The notes beneath the pieces were generated by a model. That model was not told the DNA's origin and did no database searches. It saw only the letters and a program-made list of their open reading frames with translations. From NCBI GenBank assembly GCA_963749495.1, contig CAVVMW010000004.1, positions 32,001 to 96,000 of the forward strand: DNA of 64,000 bases, read 5' to 3'. This document shows, one piece after another, positions 55,816 to 64,000 of this stretch (position 1 is the stretch's first letter; each line of letters opens with the position of its first letter). A program made the position numbers and the translations under genes. The DNA comes from an uncultured bacterium (GTDB taxonomy: Bacteria; Verrucomicrobiota; Verrucomicrobiia; Limisphaerales; UBA8199).

Positions 55816-56268
55816 TCACGCCTTCCCGCCGAAGGTCACGTAATCGTCCAGGTCCAGCAGGTCGAACCAGGTGACGATGTCGTCGCGTTTGGGCGCGAGC
55901 TTGGCGTGGGTGCCCTGGAAAAACTCCCGCGATTCGGTGTCGGCCGGGGCGCGCTGGTCCTGGTAGGCGGACCAGGCCTGGATTTCCGGGTCGGTGTGTT
56001 TGTGTGCGGCCTTCTGGCGTATCCAGGCGAGGATTTCGGTGTCGGTCTTCCCTGCGGCCAGTTGCTTCTTGAGCGCGTCGGCGTCCAGGCCGGCGAATTG
56101 CAGGAGGCGCTGGTCCAGCGGGCAGGCGAAGTGGTATTCGCCGTTCTTGCCGGCGATGGAGGCGCGCCCTTTGTCGAGCATGCGCGGCAGAATCGCGTAA
56201 CCGCCGAGCCGCACGCGCGGGCTGCGCGGGGGACGTTGAGTCAGATCCGGGGCATTGTTCAGAGCCAT
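55816..56268 (-). CDS. DUF5069-like protein
   Basis: DLTQRPPRSPRVRLGGY..RMLDKGRA..EYHFACPLD..FDLLDLDD. Confidence 0.75.
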   Translation of the reverse strand: MALNNAPDLTQRPPRSPRVRLGGYAILPRMLDKGRASIAGKNGEYHFACPLDQRLLQFAGLDADALKKQLAAGKTDTEILAWIRQKAAHKHTDPEIQAWSAYQDQRAPADTESREFFQGTHAKLAPKRDDIVTWFDLLDLDDYVTFGGKA

Positions 56269-56385
56269 AAACTGCCTTTGATGTCGGTTCTTGGTCATTC
56301 CGGCGACTCCGGCCCTTAGCCGGATTCGCCTGGATTCCAATAAGTCGCACTCAAGCGCCGGGAATGCAACCGCTTGTTGGCCCGC

Positions 56386-57783
56386 CTACGTCCCGGCGGG
56401 GGCCGGAGCGCGTTCCGGGGCCTTGGCCGGGAGGGGAACCACTTGCGAGAGCACACCCATCTTGGCGCACACGAAATAAACCACAGCCCCGACAATAAAG
56501 GCAGCCACAGGAGGGCACGGGACGTTCACCTTGACCGAGTCCGGGAGCATGTCGTTCGGGAGGATGCCCACGATAAAGCCGAGCAACCAGGCGATCCACC
56601 CCGCCGGATTGAAACCGGCGCGCGGGCCGGACCATTTGCCGCCGGACAGCAGGTAATCCACAGCCATCGCCCCGCAGATCGGGCCGAAGGACGCCCCGAT
56701 CAAACCGAAGACGCTCACGAGGTTGCCGGCCGCCCCGGTCACGGCCAGAATGATGCTCACCACGGCGCCAATGCCCACGGAAATGAAGGGATTGACCTTC
56801 GGCATAGTCGTCCTGAAACTGTTGGCCGCGATAAACGATGAGAAACACGCGCCAGGGAAGGCGGCCAGGGGCAGGCCAATCATAATGGCCGCAAACAGGC
56901 CCTTGGGGAGCTTCTGTTGCAGAGCGAACGTCATTCTCACGGCCTCCTTGTTCGCCGGGTCCACCACATGGCCCGCCTGGGCGCCTGCGACGGCAATGAC
57001 CGAAATGCCGGCGGTGAGGATAATCGCGATGATGATGCCGAAGATGCCGCCCAGGCTCACGTCCCGCTTGTCGCGATTGCTCATGCAGATATCCACGCCC
57101 GCGGCCCCCGCCGTGGCGAAGAAACCGACAATCGCGGCGACCATCGCCAGGATGGCCTTGGTCGCGCCGCCGGAGCCGGCGGCTGTCGCGACCGGCGTAT
57201 AGTCGCCCGCCGAGCCGACAAACAACACCAGCCCGATGATCAGCACGACCAGCGGAATGAGCGGGAGGTAGGTGGCAACCCGCGCCACGTACTGGATGCC
57301 TTTGAGGCCCACGAAGGCGGCTGCCAGAGTAAACACGATGCAGATGGGCACCTGCAATGCCGGCGCGCCGAAACCGGCCACCAGGGCATCCGTCGAGAAA
57401 TACGCGTTGACACCCAACCAGCCGAACTGAAGCACGCCCATCAGAAAACCCGGCATGATCAGCCCGCCCATGGCGCCGAAGGTGGAGGTCCCCACGATGT
57501 AAAGCGGCAGGCCCGTCTCCACGCCGAGGTAGCCTGGAACCAGGTAGAAGAGGAAATGGCAGATAATCGCCCCCAGCAACACCCCGATCAACACTGGGGC
57601 CAGGCCGCCGACGGAGAGCCCGTTGCTCGACATCGTATCCCAGAAGGCGAACCACAGGAAAATGCCCGCGTAGGTTTGCGCGGTCGTCTTGTACCACGGC
57701 GCGCGGTTGCCCTGGGGATTGGGCGACGCGCTCGTGATGTACGAGGGGAGGGAGCTGACTGACTGCTTCTCTTGGTTATTCAT
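56386..57783 (-). CDS. NCS1/cytosine permease family transporter
   Basis: About 12 TM segments; GVETGLP..TFG..QFGWLGVN. Confidence 0.8.
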   Translation of the reverse strand: MNNQEKQSVSSLPSYITSASPNPQGNRAPWYKTTAQTYAGIFLWFAFWDTMSSNGLSVGGLAPVLIGVLLGAIICHFLFYLVPGYLGVETGLPLYIVGTSTFGAMGGLIMPGFLMGVLQFGWLGVNAYFSTDALVAGFGAPALQVPICIVFTLAAAFVGLKGIQYVARVATYLPLIPLVVLIIGLVLFVGSAGDYTPVATAAGSGGATKAILAMVAAIVGFFATAGAAGVDICMSNRDKRDVSLGGIFGIIIAIILTAGISVIAVAGAQAGHVVDPANKEAVRMTFALQQKLPKGLFAAIMIGLPLAAFPGACFSSFIAANSFRTTMPKVNPFISVGIGAVVSIILAVTGAAGNLVSVFGLIGASFGPICGAMAVDYLLSGGKWSGPRAGFNPAGWIAWLLGFIVGILPNDMLPDSVKVNVPCPPVAAFIVGAVVYFVCAKMGVLSQVVPLPAKAPERAPAPAGT

Positions 57784-58169
57784 AAGGGGTGGTTTATCGG
57801 TTATTTCGGCCAACGCACAGCGCACCGGCACAGGCCACGCCCGCGCCGCGCCCTCAACACTGCCGGTCCATGGGACGGACCATCATTTAAGCGGCTTGAT
57901 TGCAAGCAACGGCCTGGCATTAGCGGAGCATTCTCCCCGTCGCCGCCCTGCTGTCAATCGGAAAGTGGGGAAGCCCAAGGCCGGTGGGTGCAGGACAGAT
58001 TTCTTCGGGCGCACGATGGAACCGGCGGTGCGCGCTTTGGACGCTAAAGGCGTCGTTCATACCAGCCCAGGGCAAGGCCCTGGGAACAGCCGCCAATAGA
58101 TCATCTGGAGCGCTCAAAGCGCGATTCATCCTGGGGGAACTTTGGGCAGCAGGCCGTGCGGATTCGAGG

Positions 58170-58254
58170 TGGTGCCCGCGACAGGACTTGAACCTGTATC
58201 CGGTTAAGGACTAGAACCTGAATCTAGCGCGTCTGCCAATTCCGCCACGCGGGC
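58170..58254 (-). tRNA. tRNA-Leu(CAG), copy 1
   Basis: GCCCGCG acceptor stem, GGAATTGGCAGAC D-loop, CTAGA-TTCAGGT-TCTAG anticodon arm, long variable arm, GGTTCAAGTCC, encoded CCA. Confidence 0.95.
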
Positions 58255-58328
58255 ATCGTTGTCAATCAAGCACTTACAGCGGCACATCGCAACCCGGCTC
58301 TTTCTTCGCACCCCGTGGATTTCGGCTT

Positions 58329-58520
58329 GTGAACGAAACCACCGACGCTCAAGCCCAGACTCCCAGGAAACGAGAGGAACACCTGCGATCTGACGGTCAG
58401 TGGCGCTCGTTTCCAAAGGTGGCACACCTGCCGCAGTGCGTCAGCAACGGCAATTACTATGGCAGAATCAAAGTCAATCGCAAGGTGATTCGTGGGAGTG
58501 CTGAATTGCCGGGCATTTGA
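58329..58520 (+). pseudogene. Probable N-terminal remnant of a tyrosine integrase
   Basis: DGQWRSFPKV..VSNGNYYGRIKVNRKVIR arm-binding-like segment next to a tRNA; ends prematurely. Confidence 0.5.
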
Positions 58521-58577
58521 GTCGCGATTGAGCGCAATCCGTTGCAACGTGCGGGATGGAGTGTAGTCTGGAAGGAA

Positions 58578-59122
58578 ATGAACTTGCGCGTGAATTGGGC
58601 CATCGCCCTGATTATTGTCGGCAGCACAGCAATCCTTCCGGCGCAGGATCAGGCGCCGTCGCAAAAGCCGGAGGTTCGCTATGGCCAGAACACGGCTGCG
58701 GGAGCTTTTGTGCAGGTCAACGGGATCAAACTGTACTATGAGATCTATGGAAGCGGCCGGGCCATGCTCCAGATTCATGGCAATGGCGGCAGCATCGCCG
58801 GAATGCGAAACCAGATCGAATTCTTCGCCGCCCATTACAAAGTCATCGCTGCCGATAGTCGTGGGCACGGCAAGAGCCAGATGGGCGAGGGGCGGTTGAC
58901 TTACGAGAACATGGCCGATGACTTGGACGGCTTGCTAAAGATGTGATCCGCACGCAGCACACCGTGGCGATGTTCGAAAACCTCCCTAACGCGCATCTCT
59001 GCATCTTCCCGGGGGCGACCCATCTGATCCCGCAGCAAGACCCCGTGTTGTTCAACCAGACCGTGGAACGCTTTTTCAGCAGGCCTTTTGCGCGGCCTGA
59101 CACCAAGCAGATGTTTAATTAG
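58578..59122 (+). pseudogene. Alpha/beta hydrolase with internal deletion
   Basis: IHGNGG..ADSRGHGKS N-terminal half joined out of frame to IFPGATH..FNQTV C-terminus; the GxSxG region is missing. Confidence 0.7.
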
Positions 59123-59262
59123 AGCCTGTCCCAAGAGCTCTGATTCCGTGCCTTTGCCGCAGCCCTTGTCGGCACCTTTGTCGAGAAACGGCCAATCCGA
59201 CAAAGGTTTCGACAAAGGCCGCGACAAAGGTCCCCCGGTCGCGGGCTTTTTGGGACAGGCTC
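59122..59262. mobile_element. MITE with GAGCCTGTCCCAA termini enclosing CGACAAAGG repeats
   Basis: AGAGCCTGTCCCAA (59121-59134) and TTGGGACAGGCTCT (59250-59263) form a perfect inverted pair. Confidence 0.7.
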
Positions 59263-59268
59263 TGAGCC

Positions 59269-59901
59269 TCAGCGCGCAGAAACGGTGTGCCAGGCCTGGA
59301 CAAGGATGGCTGGAACCGTCCTGAGCATGATGGCGAGGTCAAGCGCCGGGGACTTCGTCTCGACGTACTGGATATCCCAGTTGATCATCTCCTCGAACGT
59401 GGTCCGGTTCTTCCCATTGACTTGCCATAGCCCGGTCAAGCCCGGCAACGTGTCGAACCGCCGCCGATGCCCGGGCTTGTATTGTTCACACTCGTAAGGC
59501 AGGCACGGTCGAGGGCCCACCAGGCTCATCTCCCCATAGAGCACATTGATGAGCTGGGGAAGCTCGTCCAGGCCCAGACAGCGCAGAAAGTGGCCGCCGG
59601 GGATCAGACGCCTGTCGGCGGTATCGAGCTTGGTCATGGGACGGTCAGAGGCCATCAAGTGTTGCAAATACCCTTGGTGCAACGCGGTGTCCGCGTTGAC
59701 GGCCATCGTGCGGAATTTCAGGCAGCGGAATAGCTCACCACGGAACCCAACCCGCTCCTGCACGAACAGGACCGGGCCCGGGGAAACCAGCTTGATCGCA
59801 ACGGCGATCAAAAAGCCCAATGGGAGCAACAACGGCGCAGCCAGAAAAATGCAGGCCGTGTCCAGCACCCGCTTCCAGGAGGGCACTGAATCCGCAACCA
59901 A
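59269..59901 (-). CDS. Bacterial sugar transferase (priming glycosylphosphotransferase)
   Basis: KRVLD, KFRTM, LDELPQL.NVL.GEMSLVGPRP, PGLTGLWQV; an upstream in-frame ATG (59936) is cut off by a TGA. Confidence 0.85.
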   Translation of the reverse strand: MVADSVPSWKRVLDTACIFLAAPLLLPLGFLIAVAIKLVSPGPVLFVQERVGFRGELFRCLKFRTMAVNADTALHQGYLQHLMASDRPMTKLDTADRRLIPGGHFLRCLGLDELPQLINVLYGEMSLVGPRPCLPYECEQYKPGHRRRFDTLPGLTGLWQVNGKNRTTFEEMINWDIQYVETKSPALDLAIMLRTVPAILVQAWHTVSAR

Positions 59902-60061
59902 CTGTGCGCCTGCCCACGATCAATTGTAGCTGTTCATTAGCCGAACTTTATCACCCCGAGCGGGTTCACTTCAATCCGGCCAACGCTGGAGATCGCACCG
60001 GGGATTCACCGGGAAAGAGGATGACCTGGACCCTTGCCCCTGGTTCAGATGAACCGAGAGG

Positions 60062-60146
60062 TGGTGCCCGCGACAGGACTTGAACCTGTATCCGGTTAAG
60101 GACTAGAACCTGAATCTAGCGCGTCTGCCAATTCCGCCACGCGGGC
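60062..60146 (-). tRNA. tRNA-Leu(CAG), copy 2, identical to copy 1
   Basis: Same 85-nt sequence as 58170-58254. Confidence 0.95.
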
Positions 60147-60330
60147 ATCGTTGTCAATCAAGCACTTACGGCGCACCTGCCGCAGTGCCTCAGCAACGGC
60201 AATTACTATGGCAGAATTGAGGTCAATCGCAAGGTGATTCGTGAGAGCCCCCTCGTGATTTTGGATTGCGGGCGCCCGGAACGGTCGTGCAATCTGGCAG
60301 TGTTCGGGCGACCGCACGTGGCTCATCCAG

Positions 60331-60501
60331 ACGACCCTGCACACGGTGTTCAAGAACCTGGCGGAAGGGGCGATGCTGGTGATGCTGGTGCTGTTGCTCT
60401 TCCTGGGCAGCTTGCGCGCGGCGGCGAGGGTGGCGGACATGCGGCGGCGGCTGGACAAGATCGCCCTGCCCCAAGGCTGGTTCGTCACCTGGGGCGGCGA
60501 G
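60331..60501 (+). pseudogene. Fused fragments of a CusA/CzcA-type RND efflux gene
   Basis: TTLHTVFKNLAEGAMLVMLVLLLFLGSLRAA joined to LPQGWFVTWGGE; these segments are normally far apart in CzcA. Confidence 0.55.
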
Positions 60502-60720
60502 GCCAGCGCGAGGAGCCTCCGGCCCGGGGTTTGGCCCTGGCACCGTAGGACGGAAGCCTGGAGCGCAGCCCCCTGTCTCTGGCTTAATAGCCGATGTTCT
60601 TCGCCCGCTGATTGAAACTGGCCGCCCCCCCACTGTCTGAGTCGCAGTCCTGCTTGGAAATCGCTTCAAGAAACCCTCTTGACAACTTCAGTGTCTCGAT
60701 GCAGATTCGGTCCATCATCT

Positions 60721-62556
60721 ATGAATGCAAAGGCCCTTCGACTGCCGTGCGTGGCTCTTGGTGTAGCCATCGCGTTCACTGTCTCCGTCACCGCCCAACC
60801 GGTTCGGGTCTTTCCTCGCCCCGACCGGGGCCAAGCGAACCCGCCGCTCTGGATCAATTTCGGGGTGAATATCAGGCCGGACAGCACCACCGGCACCGCG
60901 CCGCCCTACACGCCGGCCCAGGTCCGGAACGCTTATGGGTTTGCCCCGTTGAGTGCGGACGGCACCGGCCAAACCATCGCGATCGTCGATGCCTACGACG
61001 ACAGCCAGTACATCCAGAATGACTTGGCCGCGTTCGACGCGGAGTTTAACCTCCCCGCGCCGCCCAAGTTCCAGATCATCTATGCGCAAGGCTCGAAACC
61101 GGCTCAAAATACCGGCTGGCAGGAGGAGATGTCGCTTGACGTCGAATGGGCCCATGCGATTGCCACGAATGCAAACATTCTGTTGGTGGAGGCCGCCGAT
61201 AGCAGCTTCGGCAACTTGCTCCAAGCGGTCCAGGTCGCGGTAAGTCCTCCTTATAACGCCACCGTCGTCTCGATGAGCTGGGGTGGCGGGGAATTCTCCG
61301 GAGAGACCGGCTACGATTCCTATTTTACCGCGCCGGGCGTGACGTACGTGGCCTCCGCAGGCGACAGTGCCGAAGGCGTGATCTGGCCGGCCGCTTCGCC
61401 CAATGTCGTGGCGGTCGGAGGAACAACCCTCACCCTGAACTCCTCTGGGGGCTACGGGTCGGAAACGGCGTGGGCCGACAGCGGGGGTGGCATCAGCGCA
61501 TACGAGGCCCTCCCAGCCTGGCAGATGGGCTGGAGCAGCTACCTGACCCGCCTGCGCGGGCTGCCCGATGTGAGTTACCTTGCGGACCCGAACTCCGGGG
61601 TCTATGTGGTCTATCGAGGCCAGTGGTACGAGTTTGGAGGCACCAGCGTCGGCGCCCCCCAATGGGCCGCCTTGTTTGCGCTCGCAAACCAAGGGCGAGG
61701 CTCTGCCCTGTCTGGCGCCAATGCGGCCATTTACAGCGTCGCCAACAATATCACGGGCAGCGGCAACCTTTACACCATCAATCCGAGCGACTTCCACGAC
61801 ATCGCCTCGGGCAACAACGGCAGCGATGCGGATGACCGGGCGGTCACGGGCTACGACCTGGTGACGGGCGTCGGTTCACCACTGGCCGGCGGCGTCGTGC
61901 CGGCGCTCAGCGCGTGGCAGGCGAAGCCCGACTTCGCGCTTTCGCTGAGTCCCTCCTCGGACACGGTTCCTCCTTCCGGCGGGACTGCCACCTACACGGT
62001 CACCATGGCGCCGCTCAACGGATTTAGCGACTTCCCCGTGGCTCTTTCGCTCGGCGGGTCACCGCCATCCGGCGCCACCACGACCTGGAGCTCCTCGACG
62101 CTGAGCAGTACCAGTCCGTCGGCGACCTTGACCGTTCAAGTGCCCTCCGGCACGACTGCTGGCTCCTATCCCGTTTCGGTCACCGGGACCGCAGCCTCCG
62201 GCGCGCCCTCGCACACGGCATCGGCGACTCTCGTGGTTGCCGTCGCGCGGACGACCATGACCGTGAGCCAGATTGCCTATTCCACCTCGGGTCGTCAGAA
62301 CGCCAACCTGAACGTCACGCTGACAGTCGTTGATAATCTCGGCAACCCGGTGGCCAATGCATCGGTATCGATCACGCTTCGTTTGCAGAATACCAATCGG
62401 TCCTGGACCGGCTCCGGCACCACCGGCTCGAACGGCCAGGTCGGCTTTACGCAGAGCAACGCCCCGTCGGGGACTTACACCACCGTCGTCACTTCCGTCA
62501 CGGCCACCGGCTTGACTTGGGATGGCAAGTACCCGGCGAACAGCTTTAGGAAGTAA
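60721..62556 (+). CDS. Secreted S53 peptidase with C-terminal Ig-like domains
   Basis: EMSLDVEWAHA, SMSWG, ASAGDS, GGTSVGAP, GYDLVTGVGSP; Ser/Thr-rich beta-strand tail. Confidence 0.88.
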   Translation: MNAKALRLPCVALGVAIAFTVSVTAQPVRVFPRPDRGQANPPLWINFGVNIRPDSTTGTAPPYTPAQVRNAYGFAPLSADGTGQTIAIVDAYDDSQYIQNDLAAFDAEFNLPAPPKFQIIYAQGSKPAQNTGWQEEMSLDVEWAHAIATNANILLVEAADSSFGNLLQAVQVAVSPPYNATVVSMSWGGGEFSGETGYDSYFTAPGVTYVASAGDSAEGVIWPAASPNVVAVGGTTLTLNSSGGYGSETAWADSGGGISAYEALPAWQMGWSSYLTRLRGLPDVSYLADPNSGVYVVYRGQWYEFGGTSVGAPQWAALFALANQGRGSALSGANAAIYSVANNITGSGNLYTINPSDFHDIASGNNGSDADDRAVTGYDLVTGVGSPLAGGVVPALSAWQAKPDFALSLSPSSDTVPPSGGTATYTVTMAPLNGFSDFPVALSLGGSPPSGATTTWSSSTLSSTSPSATLTVQVPSGTTAGSYPVSVTGTAASGAPSHTASATLVVAVARTTMTVSQIAYSTSGRQNANLNVTLTVVDNLGNPVANASVSITLRLQNTNRSWTGSGTTGSNGQVGFTQSNAPSGTYTTVVTSVTATGLTWDGKYPANSFRK

Positions 62557-62572
62557 GCGCGTCTTTGAGTGA

Positions 62573-62625
62573 CTTTCGCAACCTTTGTCGAAACCGGCCA
62601 AATTCGACAAGGGTTGCGACAAAGG
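62573..62625. repeat. CCTTTGTCG/CGACAAAGG palindromic repeat
   Basis: Forward and inverted units just after the S53 stop. Confidence 0.7.
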
Positions 62626-62905
62626 CACTAAAGCCATCCAAAGTCCGGTGCAATGAGGGTTGCACCCGCGGTGCCGCTCCCGCCTTCACTGAGAAGGTGT
62701 GAAAAAAACGATTCGTGGCGCCAGGCAGCAAAGAAATCTTCAAAATCCCCAGGAAAACAGAGGGGTGCTTTCATGGATGATGCCCGTTTGGGCATTTTTT
62801 CACACCTTCTGAGGCCTTGCCCCGCAGAATACGCAGAAACCCGGATTGGTCCTCTGATTCGGCGTGGCCGGCGTGGTTTGTGGGCACTTCCGGCTCTGCT
62901 GACCC

Positions 62906-64000
62906 TTATCGCGAAAGCTGTTTTTCAAGATATTGGACCACCTGCCGGATGTTGGCGTCCACCTCCATCCGGTCCTTGACCAGCCGGCAGGCGTGCATGA
63001 CGGTGCCATGGTCGCGACCGCCGAAGGCCTCGCCGATGACGCTCAGGGAACTGGGGGTCATCTCGCGCGCCAGGTACATGGCCACCTGGCGCGGGAAGGC
63101 AATATTCTCCGGGCGTCGTCTGCTGGTCATGTCGGCCAGCCGGATGTCGTAATGCTCGGCAACGCGCTTTTGGATGAGTTCGATGCTGACGGAGGCGCGG
63201 CCCTCCTCGTGGAGGATTTCGTGCAGGAGGCCCTCGACCACCTCGAGGCTGAGCTTATTGCCGGTCAGGGAGGCATAGGAGGCAACGCGGATGAGCGCCC
63301 CCTCGAGTCGGCGGATATTGGTCCGAATCCGGTTGGCGAGGAAGCTCATGATCTCCTCCGGCAACTGGACGCCCATCAACTGGGCCTTCTTGCGCAGGAT
63401 GGCCAGGCGCATCTCGACATCCGGCGGCTGCAGGTCCGTGACCAGGCCCCACTCGAAGCGCGAGACCAGGCGCTGCTCCAGGTTCTGGATCTCGCTGGCC
63501 GGACGGTCGCACGTCAGGACGATCTGCCGATGGGCCTCGTGCAGGGCGTTGAAGGTGTGAAAGAACTCCTCCTGGATGCGCTCCTTGCCTGCCAGGAACT
63601 GGATGTCATCAATGAGCAGCACGTCGGTCTGGCGGTATTTCTTGCGGAACCGGGCCATCTGGTTGTTCTGGATGCCATCAATGTATTCGTTGGTGAACTT
63701 CTCGGAGGAGACGTAAGCGACACGGGCGTTCTTTCTGCCGGTGACGACGTGCTGGCCGATGGCCTGGAGGAGGTGGGTCTTGCCCAGGCCCACCCCCCCG
63801 TAAAGGAAGAGCGGGTTATAGGACTTGCCGGGGGCCTTCGCCACCGCCAGCGCCGCCGCATAGGCAAAGTTGTTGTTGCTCCCGACCACGAAGGCCTCGA
63901 AGGTGTTTTTGGGGTTGAACTCCAGCTCGTGGTCCGCCCTGACGCGTTGCGTCCCCGGCTCGATGAGCAAGGCCGCCTTGAGGGCCTGATGCTCCGGGGC
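62906..64000 (-). CDS. dnaA: Chromosomal replication initiator DnaA (N-terminus beyond the window)
   Basis: [56 protein letters not shown]. Confidence 0.96.
   Translation of the reverse strand, partial: APEHQALKAALLIEPGTQRVRADHELEFNPKNTFEAFVVGSNNNFAYAAALAVAKAPGKSYNPLFLYGGVGLGKTHLLQAIGQHVVTGRKNARVAYVSSEKFTNEYIDGIQNNQMARFRKKYRQTDVLLIDDIQFLAGKERIQEEFFHTFNALHEAHRQIVLTCDRPASEIQNLEQRLVSRFEWGLVTDLQPPDVEMRLAILRKKAQLMGVQLPEEIMSFLANRIRTNIRRLEGALIRVASYASLTGNKLSLEVVEGLLHEILHEEGRASVSIELIQKRVAEHYDIRLADMTSRRRPENIAFPRQVAMYLAREMTPSSLSVIGEAFGGRDHGTVMHACRLVKDRMEVDANIRQVVQYLEKQLSR

Noticed and set aside
57784..57960. Riboswitch upstream of the NCS1 permease
   Set aside because: A possible promoter (TTGACA-16-GAGAAT) and a GC-rich leader are present, but I recognise no purine or other aptamer consensus; an Rfam scan is needed
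59902..59936. In-frame TGA after the upstream ATG of the sugar transferase as selenocysteine or readthrough
   Set aside because: It lies in a non-conserved N-terminal stretch with no catalytic Cys context; a nonsense mutation, base error or TTG start is more likely

Overview
GC-rich bacterial DNA, most likely Verrucomicrobiota (Pedosphaera/Limisphaera-like). This is inferred from ECF sigma factor/WD40 Ser-Thr kinase pairs, DUF5069, an HzsA-like protein and the repeat families. About a dozen genes carry single-base frameshifts that look like long-read assembly errors. The most notable locus is 2.7-12.5 kb. It holds three paralogous phage tail-collar/fibre-tip genes with no prophage around them, two DUF6916-like proteins (one Tat-exported), a GNAT, a ~1460-aa MBG/YDG/Ig adhesin with three 468-bp repeats, an Asp/Asn beta-hydroxylase, a sulfotransferase and a core-less Nif11-like peptide. 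I infer a surface-fibre assembly and modification system of unknown function. The middle of the window is accessory DNA: a methyltransferase-endonuclease fusion, VapBC, HicAB, an IrrE-like peptidase, an FRG+DUF262 pair, a nucleotidyltransferase pair, and IS91 and RAYT remnants. There are several MITE/REP-like families; one ~200-bp element sits in frame inside a signal peptide with a 16-bp duplication. Five cargo segments are each bracketed by direct repeats of neighbouring sequence. The right end has housekeeping genes (trxA, RRM protein, gap, msrA, NCS1 permease), two identical tRNA-Leu(CAG) genes and a partial dnaA.
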